A DNA stretch of 64,000 nt from Octopus vulgaris (Eukaryota): contig OX597821.1 in assembly GCA_951406725.2 (NCBI GenBank), positions 83,638,001 through 83,702,000 of the forward strand. The letters are read 5' to 3'. A model generated the notes under the pieces. The model had not been told where the DNA came from. It ran no database searches and saw only the letters and a list, made by a program, of their open reading frames with translations. Shown here one piece after another: positions 12,631-23,649 of this stretch (positions within the stretch are counted from its first letter, which is position 1; every line of letters starts with the position of its first letter). Made by a program: the position numbers and the translations under genes.

Positions 12631-12710
12631 CAGGGATGGCCATAAGTTGCTTTACTCATTTCTTTATTTTTATTATTAGAAATGGGAAAAGTGACTTATG
12701 GCCATCCCTG
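12631..12710. mobile_element. 80-bp Tc1/mariner-type mini-MITE (hairpin)
   Basis: 17-bp perfect TIR CAGGGATGGCCATAAGT, extending imperfectly to about 33 bp; TA on both flanks. Confidence 0.85.
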
Positions 12711-12851
12711 TATACATACATACATCAGTTGATCCTGTCACCTCTTATCACATACGAACTTCTCCACTGGACTTTCTACCATTTACGGATTCTCTTTTGG
12801 ACATTTTACCCTCCAGCTGTACCTCTCCTACCTATGGATCACTGTGGACTC

Positions 12852-12902
<51 letters not shown>

Positions 12903-12918
12903 ACACACACACACACAG

Positions 12919-12991
<73 letters not shown>

Positions 12992-13084
12992 TATATGTAT
13001 GCATATGTATAAATATATATGTATGTGTATATATATATATATATGTGTGTGTGTATATATTATATATATACATACATACATACA

Positions 13085-13137
<53 letters not shown>

Positions 13138-14412
13138 GTACATATATATATATGTATATAATGTACTGTTCCATGACAGAAAATTCAAAACAAAAAGTAC
13201 TCCATCTGGTGAAAGATGAATATTATTTATTTAAAGGGTGCCTGAAGAATATGTTTGAGTATTTTTCAACATATGAAACTATTAGTAGTGCTTAAATACA
13301 TGTATTGTGCACTTTAAATAAATAATATATGTGTATGGATGTGTATACACACATGTATGTATGTGTGTATGTATACATATTTATATGATTATCAAATTTA
13401 TTTGCAAGGCATTAGTTGGCCCAGAGCTGTAGCAGAAGATACTTGCCCAGAGTACCAAACTGTAGGATTGAACCTGAAACCATACTTCTGGGAAGCAAAC
13501 TTTTTGCAACACAGCCAAGCCTGGGCCTATATAATATATTTTAAATGTAGGGCTGTGAAATTCAGATGAAATTTGAAGCAACATATTCACAAATTATGAT
13601 GAATACATAAATAGATGGATACCTCCCAGAGCTCTGCTAATGCATTTTCTGAATTCTACGCTATATTTTGAGTCAGGGAGTAGATTTTCAGAGAAGTAAA
13701 AGTGCAGGGTATTTAATAAGCATGAAGCTGAAAATTGCAATAATTATTTGAAACTTCAAATAACTACTCTACACTTGCAACAACTCTCTCAACAGAAGAA
13801 GAAACCATATCTCTTTTATCTCTTTTATTTGTTTCAGTCATTTGACTGCAGCCATGCTGGAGCACCGCCTTTAGTCGAGCAAATCGACCCCAGGACTTAC
13901 ACTTTGTAAGCCTAGTACTTATTCTATCAGTCTCTTTGGCCGAACTACTAAGTGACGGGGTCGTAAACACACCACCATCGGTTGCCCCAGCATGGTCACA
14001 GTCTAATGCTGGGGCACTGCCTTGAAGGGTTTAGACAAATAAATGAACTTCAGTTCTTGTTTTTATGTCAGGTACTTATTCTGTTGGTCTCTTTTGCTGA
14101 ACCACTAAGTTACAGGGGTGTAAACAAACCAACATTAGTTGTCAAGCAGTGGGAGGGACAAATACAAAATCTATATGCTACATACAAATATATATATGTG
14201 TGTGTGTGTGTATACATACAGACACACACAGATATAACCAACAAGCTTCCACACAATCACATAATTCACTTACATGGAACTGGTCAGCCAAGGGCTATAC
14301 TGGATGATTTTTGCCCCATATACTGCACAGTGGACTGAACTCATAACCATATTATTGCAAGGTGGGCATCTTATACATATATGTGTCTGTGTATGCAGAT
14401 ATGTCTCTCTCT

Positions 14413-14462
<50 letters not shown>

Positions 14463-14532
14463 CCATCATCATTTAATGTTTGCTTTCCATGCTGGCATAG
14501 GTGAGACATAAATATATATATATATATTACAC

Positions 14533-14930
14533 TCTCTTCCACATGCCCGACAGATATGATCAGTATGGTGTGTTACACCACCACCACCAGTGGCCAGGTT
14601 GTCACTCATCTGTCTCGTTTTAAAAAAGAGGTATAAGGACTTGCTGAAGGCTTCAAGAGATGCTTGCAGCTCTCCTGACATATGGGAAGGCATAGCTATT
14701 GATTGTAGCAGGTGGAGAAGGATTGTGCATGAGGGGACAGCCACGTTTGAGAAATCTCGAGTTGCACATGAGAAAGTAAGGAGGGATGTCAGGAAAGGTA
14801 TCGCTGTTACACTTCCAGAAGGGAAGGGTCTTCCTTTGATTCTGACATGCAATATCTGTGCAAGACCCTGCCTCAGTAAAGCTGCACTCATGAGTCATCT
14901 TTGTAGTCATAAAACGAGACAGATGAGTGA
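14533..14930. mobile_element. RTE-clade LINE C-terminal fragment with internal inversion
   Basis: 14623-14930 (+) encodes KKRYKDLLK...WE..A.D...WR..VHEG...FE...CNICARPCLSKAALMSHLCSH (RTE C-terminus with C2H2 finger). 14533-14622 (-) continues the same ORF (KTRQMSDNLATGGGGVTHHTDHICRACGREC). Confidence 0.8.
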
Positions 14931-15028
14931 TATATATATATAAATGTGTATATATGTATGCATATACATATATATATATTATATAATGTAAAGAATAACA
15001 AGTTTTGAATAGTACATTATATATTATA

Positions 15029-15063
<35 letters not shown>

Positions 15064-15065
15064 CG

Positions 15066-15510
15066 CACATTATATAATAGGAGAGTATTGTAGTTTGCTT
15101 GAAGCATTGTGTATTGTTTGTAAAGAATAAAAAGTTTTGAATAGTACAACAATACACTATAATTCAGACAATGGGCTGTGTATACCTGTTGTAATTTAGT
15201 CATCCATAGTCTGATATGATATTTCGGAATAATATTCCTTCTTCAGATATTCTTATTGAGCGAAAACACCTAAAAATGCTCCATGAGGCTCTGGCAGTGG
15301 GTGGTGGGGAAGCCTGCGACTCCATCTAAGAATATCTGAAGAAGGAATATTATTCCGAAATATCATATCAGACTATGGATGACTAAATTACAACAGGTAT
15401 ATAGCTCATTGTCTGTATTATAGTGCATTGTTGTACCATTCAAAACTTTTTTATTCTTTACAAACAATACACAATGCTTCAGGCAAACTACAATGCTCTC
15501 CTATTATATA

Positions 15511-15515
<5 letters not shown>
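15066..15515. repeat. ~190-bp inverted repeat (15066-15255 / 15327-15515) with a hammerhead-like motif at the inner end of each arm; Penelope-like pseudo-LTR
   Basis: The arms are near-identical reverse complements in (TA)n context. The right arm carries CTGAAGA-A-GGAAT/ATTCC-GAAA-TATCATATC at 15336-15369. Confidence 0.8.
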
Positions 15516-15571
<56 letters not shown>

Positions 15572-15706
15572 GGTGTGTGTGTGTGTAATATATAATGTTG
15601 GCTTGTTTACATCCCTGTAACTTAGCGGTTCAGCAAAAGAATCCAACAGAATTAGTACTTGACTTAAAAACAAGAACTGGGGTTCATTTGTTTGTCTAAA
15701 CCTTTC

Positions 15707-16091
15707 AAGGCACAATGGCCCAGTGCTTAGGGCAGATGACTCAAGGTCGAAAGATCGCGGTTTTGATTCCCAGACTGGGCGTTGTGAGTGTTTATTGAGT
15801 GAGAACACCTAAAAATGCTCCACGAGGCTCTGGCAGTGGGTGGTGGTGAACCCTGCTGAACTCTTTCAACACAACTTACTCTCACTCTTTCCTCCTGTTT
15901 CTGTTGTACCCGTATTTCAAAGGGCCAGACTTGTTACACTCTGTGTCATGCTTGAATCTCCCCCGAGAACTATGTTAAGGGTGCACGTGTCTGTCGAGTG
16001 CTCAGCCAGTTGCACATTAATTTCACAAGCAGGCTGTTCCGTTGATTGGATCAACACTGGGACCCTCATCATCATAACCGACAGAGTGACA

Positions 16092-16092
<1 letters not shown>
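15707..16092 (+). mobile_element. tRNA-derived SINE family D
   Basis: A-box-like TGGCCCAGTGC and B-box-like GGTTTTGATTCCC. The 3' half is shared with 48700-48880. Confidence 0.75.
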
Positions 16093-16123
<31 letters not shown>

Positions 16124-16125
<2 letters not shown>

Positions 16126-16519
16126 TCTTTTACTTGTTTCAGTCATTTGACTGCGGCCATGCTGGAGCACCGCCTTTAATCGAGCAACTCTACCCCGGGA
16201 CTTTTTCTTTTGTAAGCCCAGTACTTATTCTATCGGTCTCTTTTGCCGAACCGCTAAGTAATGGGGACATAAACACACCAGCATCGGTTATCAAGCAATG
16301 CTAGGGGGACAAACACAGACACACAAACACACACACGCATATATATATATATATACGACGGGCTTCTTTCAGTTTCTGTCTACCAAATCCACTCACAAGG
16401 CTTTGGTCGGCCCGAGGCTATAGTAGAAGACACTTGCCCAAGGTGCCATGCAGTGGGACTGAACCCGGAACCATGTGGTTGGTTAGCAAGCTACTTACCA
16501 CTCAGCCACTCCTGCACCT
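16124..16519 (-). mobile_element. Full-length tRNA-derived SINE family A
   Basis: Near-identical reverse complement of 26209-26617. Confidence 0.92.
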
Positions 16520-16777
16520 ATATAAAGTTATATTTAGATGTGTGTGTGTGTGTATAGAGTTATAATTAGTTATATATATACATATATATATATTGAATAA
16601 CACCTGCGTTTGACTCCATTTCTTAATTTATCCATGTTATACAAAAACAATTCACTTAACCCTGGAATTTCTACCTTACAAGTAGGCTGTAATATCTTTG
16701 GCACTTATGTGAATTTTTTGCTATCCTAGTAACTATTCATTTCTTTTTTCCTTGTTATTCATACACATTGAGAAAAT

Positions 16778-16810
<33 letters not shown>

Positions 16811-16920
16811 TATATAAATTATATTTAGTTATATATATCTATATAGTTATATATATCTATATATTGTTATATATATACATATATATATGGGGGGAGTACA
16901 TATGCATGTATGTATATATA

Positions 16921-16978
<58 letters not shown>

Positions 16979-17158
16979 CATATATATATACATATATATA
17001 TGCACACACACACAATATATATATATATATGAAGTTATATATATATATCTATATGTTGTTATATATATGTGTGTGGGGGATACATTTGCATTTAAGTATA
17101 TATAGATATATATATTTATAAATAAATGTATATATATATACATACATATACATATACC

Positions 17159-17194
<36 letters not shown>

Positions 17195-17211
17195 CATATA
17201 TATATATATAT

Positions 17212-17295
<84 letters not shown>

Positions 17296-18020
17296 ATGAT
17301 GATGATATATATATATGTATATATATATATATATGCAAACAGTATAGGTATATATACATGTGTATTTACACAACCACATTTTGTGTGTGTGTATGTCTGG
17401 AAATGATGAGCCTTTAGAAGTTCCATATGAATTTCGTGCACAGATCAAAGAACTAATATTGAAGGACATATCGACCTCTTTGATGATCTGCTGCCAAGAG
17501 TGAAGAAAGAAGAAAGCTGATGTAGAATGGTGATGATGTAAGATCAAACAAGCTTGGGAATAGCCTCAGAGAAAAGACAACACAAAGATTGGCAATGAAA
17601 ATGTGAGACTAACAAAATAGGGAAGAATATACTGTAAGTACGTTGACAAGAACAAACCCTCTGATATAGCCTGGAGAAAAACTGGATTTTAGCTTGCTGC
17701 CCCGGTGTCTACGACAAACCTTATCTTAAGAATCAAGGCAGAGGGACATGTATGTACACACGTGCATGCACGAACACATACACGCGCACATACACACATA
17801 CATCTATACATATATGTGTATATATACAAATAAATGTTTGTATATTTCATACACACACATGTATATGTACGTACATGCAATGTCTGTATGTGTGTTTAAC
17901 CGTATATATATATACATACATATTTGAATGCATATTTCTGTACACTCACACACATACACATAAATATATGTATGTGTATATATATGTGTGTGTATATATA
18001 TATAGATAGATAGATAGATT

Positions 18021-18104
<84 letters not shown>

Positions 18105-18507
18105 TAGGCATGGCCATGTGGTTGGCAAGCAATCACATGATTTCAGGTTCAGTTCCACTGTATAGTACCTTGGGAAAGTGTTTTCTACTATAGCCCCAGG
18201 CCAACCAAAGCCTTCTCGATAGATTTGTTGAACAAGAACTGTAGAACTGTAGAAGCTTGTTACACATACGTATATGTGTGAGTGCATACGTTTGTATCTG
18301 CTTCTCTTCACATTGCATAATAAATTAGTGTCACTGTCATATGAGCAGTGTTATATTATGAGAAAACATGTCTGGCCTTGGGGAGATATTCCCTTGTTTG
18401 GAAGCAATTGTGTGTTAGCAACCATAAGGGCATCAAGCTGTAGAAAATCTACCACAGTAAACACTGTCTAAACCATGGAAGCATGGAAAACTTCCTCTTC
18501 TTCGTCG

Positions 18508-18648
18508 TCTTCTTCTTCTTCTTCTTCTTCTTCTTCTTCTTCTTCTTCTTCTTCTTCTTCTTCTTCTTCTTCTTCTTCTTCTTCTTCTTCTTCTTCTTCT
18601 TCTTCTTCTTCTTCTTCTTCTTCTTCTCCTCCTCCTCCTCCTCCTCCT
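18508..18648. repeat. (TTC)n then (CCT)n trinucleotide microsatellite
   Basis: Directly visible; source of the poly-S/F/E ORFs. Confidence 0.98.
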
Positions 18649-18948
18649 GCCCCCGCCCCCCTCAGTTTTTCACCCATCTTTACATTCTGAGTTCAAATTC
18701 CACCGAAGTTGGCCTTTCTTTTTATTCTTTCGGGGTCATTAAATTAAGTACCAGTCAAGTACTGGGGTGAATGTAATCGACTTATCTCCTCCCCACAAAT
18801 TTCAGGCCTTGTGCCTATAGTGGAAAAGATTATTATCATTGTTATTATTATCATTATTATTGAGAGTGCAGTGAACTGGTAGAAACGTTAGTATACCAGG
18901 CAAAATGCTTAGTGGCATCTACCCATCTACCAAAAATTCCAAGCCTTG

Positions 18949-19310
18949 TGCCTTAGCAAAGGCAGAGGTATTGTTTTCAGTTGTATTTGTTTGTTTGTCC
19001 ATGGAAAGATATCTCAAGAACTGCTGGATGGATTCGAATGAAACTTTCAGGGATGTTTGGCCTTACAACTTGTATGAACTGATTAGATTTTGGGATCAAT
19101 CTGGTACCAGACAAGGATTCTAGATTATTTATTCCTGTTTTTTTTTTACTTAATTTTTGAGAGAGATCGGGTTCATATTTAGTATTCTCATTTGTGAGAG
19201 CAGTTGAGTTTATTTCAGATATTCTTATTCTAATAATCATCACTGGCTAATCGTTGAGGGGACATTGGTGTTGCTTTGGTGGAAGTTTTCACTCTCTAAA
19301 TGCTCTTGTT
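18949..19310 (+). mobile_element. Helentron/DINE-1-like non-autonomous element (copy 1)
   Basis: Homologous to 50677-51044 (-). (TTTG)n near the 5' end, subterminal repeat and 3' stem-loop, T-rich flank. Confidence 0.6.
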
Positions 19311-19694
19311 ATTATTATTAATAAGGCGGGGAACTACCAGAATTGTTTGCATGCAAGGCAAACTGGTTAGCATCATCTTCACATTCTGAGTTCAAATTCC
19401 ACTGTGGTTGACTTTGCCTTTCATCCTCTCAAGGTCGATAGAATTAGTACCAGTTAAGTACTGGGTTGATGTGATTGATTTACTCTCTCCACTGAAATTG
19501 TTGGCCTTGTACCAAAATTTGAAATCATCATCATCATCATTATTATTTTGCCTGTCTTTACGTTCTGAGTTCAAATGCCGCCAGGGTCAACTTTGCTTGT
19601 CATCCTTTCAGGGTTGATAAATTAAGTACCAGTGAAACACCGGGGTCGATGTAATCAACTGGTCGCCTTCCCCTAAAATTTGAGGCCTAAAATT

Positions 19695-19935
19695 AAGGCA
19701 GTGAGCTGGCAGAACCTTTAGCATGCTTGGCAAAATCCTTAGCAGTGTTTCATCCATCTTCACATTCGCAGTTCAAATTCTGCCAAGGTCGACTTTGCCG
19801 TTCCTCCTTTCAGGGTTAATAAATTAAGTACGAGTTGAGCACTGAGGTCAATGTGATCGACTTACTTACCTCCTCCCAAATTTCAGGCGTTGTGCCTTTA
19901 GCAGAAAGGATTATTATTATTATTATTATTATTAT
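19695..19935 (+). mobile_element. tRNA-derived SINE family B with (TTA)n tail
   Basis: A-box-like TGGCAGAA and B-box-like GTTCAAATTC; core TTTCATCCTTTCGGGGTCGATAAATTAAGTACCAG; ends GAAAGGATTATT. Other copies at about 18670-18830, 19324-19690, 33015-33150, 42423-42635, 43506-43708, 43755-43860 (-), 50018-50150, 50490-50600 (-), 51045-51152 (-), 52936-53092, 53394-53582, 54990-55485 and 57553-57682 (-). Confidence 0.85.
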
Positions 19936-20441
19936 TGAGTGAGAGAGCAGTGCATGCCATCAAAGTGACACTGGGGTAAAATATACGAAGCCCAATATAC
20001 CCATCACGACTACCCGTCTGATAAGGGTACACCAGGCAGATGCATCACAACCATATGTGCGCGACATGGTGATCTCATAAAAAGATAAACAGCACATGAC
20101 CTTGCAGGTGGGGCCCAGTTAGAATTTTCTTCAGGTTGAGTAGCCCATCCCACTCAAAAGGTCCCTGAATAAGGGTTGTTTAAGGATGTTGAAAGAACCA
20201 CCCATGTTTCCAGAGGTGAACTATCCAAACCCCAAAGAATTCCTTTCAACAAATGGCTATGATGCTCCCCCACTACTTCTGCTCATGATCAGAGATGCAC
20301 ATATCATCAGCCACTAAGGGACATGCTCAACTGGTTAAGGTCAAACAATTGACAAGCAAATCTGTGGTATTGAGCAGAATATTTGCTGTAGCCCATCTTT
20401 TATGCCAAGACAAAACAATGTACATGATAACACTTCCAATC
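19936..20441 (-). mobile_element. Non-autonomous (TAA)n-embedded element 'family C', decayed RLE-LINE derivative
   Basis: Near-identical copies at 53619-54140 and 54424-54916 share the left end and differ at the right end. The minus strand retains frameshifted RLE-endonuclease-like motifs. Confidence 0.7.
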
Positions 20442-20481
20442 TGTTTATTATTATCATCATTATTATTATTATTAATTATTG

Positions 20482-20516
<35 letters not shown>

Positions 20517-21046
20517 TTTATCTAGAAGTAAATATATTCATCACCTCTTGTTTGCCTTTATTATTTTTACATAGCATAATGAAAAAAGTAAAAAAAATAA
20601 ATGTTATATGTTTCTCAAATAAACTCCATTTCAAAACAGTATATAAATGTGTTGTTTTTTTTTAGATAACTTTTCTTCCAAATTCTTCCCTAAAACATTT
20701 ATTCAACCATAACACAATAAAAAGAGTAAATATGTTTGTGAAATAATCTCCATTTTAAAGCTATTACTTTTCTTCTAAAAAAAAACATTATTTTGGTGTA
20801 GCATAACATATTAAAAGTATATATGTTACAGCATGCTTCTCCAATGCATTCCCTTTGAAAATAGTAAATGTATGTTTCTTTTTATGGCCAATTTTAATAT
20901 TTCTCCCTTAAAATATTTTAAAATTTCATGTTTTGAGTATTCGATTTTTCAAGCTTTTGACATTCTTTTTTTTAATGTCATTTGAATTTTGCCTTATCAC
21001 TTTAGGTCATTAAGCCTTCTCATATTTGGCCTTATTACACAAAACC

Positions 21047-21111
<65 letters not shown>

Positions 21112-21134
21112 TATATATAGGTAGGTAGGTTACA

Positions 21135-21590
21135 GGCATTGCAGTGTGGTAAGAAATTTGCTTTCCAACCATATGGTTCTGGGTTCAGTCCCATTATGTG
21201 ACACCTTGAGCAAGAGACTTCTACTCTAGCCTTGTGAGTGGATTTGGCAGACAGAAACTGAAAGATGCCTGTGTTATGAATGTGTGTATGTATGTATGTA
21301 TGTATGTATGTATGTATGTATGTATGTATGTATGTATGTATGTATGTATGCATGGATGTGTGTATGCATGTATATATGTATCCATGTGTGTTTGTTTTTG
21401 TCCTCCCATAATGGCCTGACCACCAGTGTTAGTGTATTTAGGTCCCCATAACTTAGAAATTCAGCTTAAGAGACCAATAGAGTAAGTACTAGGCTTAAAA
21501 GATAGTCCTGGGGTTGATTTGTTTTACTACAAAATCTTCAAGATGGTGCTCCAGCATGATCACAGTCAAATAACTGAAATGAGTAAAAGA
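21135..21590 (+). mobile_element. SINE family A, diverged, with internal (TATG)n expansion
   Basis: Head GGTTCAGTCCC...CCTTGAGCAAG and tail CCAGCATG...GTAAAAGA. Confidence 0.8.
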
Positions 21591-22037
21591 ATATATATCT
21601 ATATAGGTTTATATATACATCAGCGGCAACTCCAGGTCATCAGTGTCACTCAGGCTTATCACAGATTTCACATAAGACAGATGCCTGCTCAAAGAATTTT
21701 ATGTTTTTCCACTTTATTTCTAGCTCCAAATAGCTTATTTTTTAAATATATATATATCTATAAACCTATATACGATGTTGATATTGAGAGAGTGTCTGCT
21801 ACAAATGATATTTTTTGCCACAGGACACCTCTAAGACGACTGCCAGACGCTGAACAAAAATAAATGAACTGCAACTAGGCTCAATAAAAGGAGCCCAAGT
21901 TATTGGCTACAATTACATTCTTGAAGTCAGTGTTGGCAGAAATTAAATCACCTTGCAAATGCAGGTTCACTTTACTAAATTTATATTCAAACTAAGCCTG
22001 AAGAGCCTGAATGCTGGAGCCACCACTGATATATATA

Positions 22038-22077
<40 letters not shown>

Positions 22078-22079
22078 AG

Positions 22080-22440
22080 ATAGGAAAATGGAGAAATACA
22101 TCTAAATCAAATATCAATTACCAGATAATACTCAATCACATACTTTATTAAACCACCACATAAGAGACTGTTGGGTTAAACATAAAAAAGCAGAACTAAT
22201 CAGTGTACATAAAGGAATGTACATAAAAAAGGCTACATAAAAGAGTAATGTTGTATAATAAGTAGAATATATATAAAAAAGAGAATATAAATATAAGTAT
22301 AGATTACATCTTACATCTGTTTCGGGCATGTAGATAAGTATGTCTCATTTTACCAATATTAGCCTTTTATGGTAGGTCAATATATAGATATAAATGAGAC
22401 ATTTACAAAAATATCATAAGGCCTCCTCAAAGATATACAT
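22080..22440 (-). mobile_element. Penelope-like pseudo-LTR fragment with hammerhead-like motif and poly(A) signal
   Basis: Minus strand: TATATCT-TTGAGGA-GGCC...GCCC-GAAA-CAGATGTA-AGATGTA (7-bp stem I, 22305-22438), then AATAAA (22144-22149) and (TA)n. Confidence 0.55.
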
Positions 22441-22685
22441 ATACATATGGGTGCATATACTCACACTCCTATACATATAAAAATATACATATACATAATA
22501 ATGTAAATAAATAATATAAATTAGTAAACATATTTATGTTCAACATTCAATGTTTCAGTTCTTCAACTTAATATTGGGATAATAAACATACACATATTAG
22601 TACCTAGATGCAAATTACTTCACTAGCAGTATATTGGATGTCTGTTATCCCATGGAGGGTTGCATTTACAACCCCTATCTCAATT

Positions 22686-22730
<45 letters not shown>

Positions 22731-23499
22731 TAATATATAAATATATGCATATATACATACATATATGTGCATACCTACATATATATGTATATATACATGC
22801 ATATACGGGTACGGGACATCAAAAAACGTGGACAGAATGAGAAACGAGACATGTAACATAAAGAACATTCCCTTCATCAGTTGTCTCCTGTTTTATCTAC
22901 TCCGCGTTTCAAAGGTAAGGACAAGACTCGACTTCAATAAAACTGTCCTTCCCGCAAAGCAGATTAAATAAAATTTGGGATTTTTTGTGGAGGGTGAAAG
23001 TAGTAACAAAAACAGGACAGTGAGAACAAAACGGTAAAAACAAACGGCGACGGCTGTTAAGTCAAGATGATGTCACACACGCACACACACACACATAGGT
23101 TTATATATATAAAGAGGTACAGGTGTCAATTCATTATGGCCCTGTTTCCAATGACTCCTTTAATTGGTTAATGAGAACATTACATCACTGTAAAGAAACC
23201 GTTTTCATCAGATGAAGTCATGATCTGCAAACATGAAGAACAGTTCAACTTATTCAACATAGTTAGCAAATTCATTGAGAAAAAATATTTACATTGAGCC
23301 TAGCGGCAGGTATTTAGAGGGAAAAGTTTGACAAGTCAGTCAGTCACCGGCTGACACTCACTGACGATACATCGAAGAGGCCAGGGAACAGAAGAAAGAA
23401 GACATGCACCCAACACCAGAGCTGAAGACACCTCCGAAAGAAGGGGGCCCCACCACGTCAAAACAGTAGAGGAGTAGGGGCTGAGACCGGACTTTGTTC

Positions 23500-23645
23500 C
23501 TCCTGATGATGTCTTGAGTTAACTGGATCCTTAAAAGGAGCTGTTGTGGTAGCAGACCATGAAACACGGTTCTCCTGATGATGTCTTGAGCTAACTGGAT
23601 CCTAAAAAGGAGCTGTTGTGGTAGCAGACCATGGAACACGTAATT
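23500..23645 (+). repeat. 72-bp tandem duplication; each unit is hammerhead-like (CTGATGA...GAAACACG)
   Basis: CTGATGA at 23503 and 23575; GAAACACG at 23561 and GGAACACG at 23633; the units are nearly identical. Confidence 0.75.
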
Positions 23646-23649
23646 TCTG

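Noticed and set aside
12698-13295. Many ORFs rich in YI/HT/VC/MYVC or homopolymer runs, here and throughout the window
   Set aside because: Translations of (TA)n, (CA)n, (TATG)n and trinucleotide microsatellites; no domain content.
17400-17740. Purine-rich stretch that looks like a coding remnant
   Set aside because: Multiple stops and no motif I can recognise; needs BLASTx.
7300-22920. Further hammerhead-like fragments at about 7305-7360, 10145-10180, 11995-12070, 21997-22015 and 22865-22915
   Set aside because: Core boxes are incomplete or in the wrong order and stems could not be closed; probably Penelope-related but not supportable.
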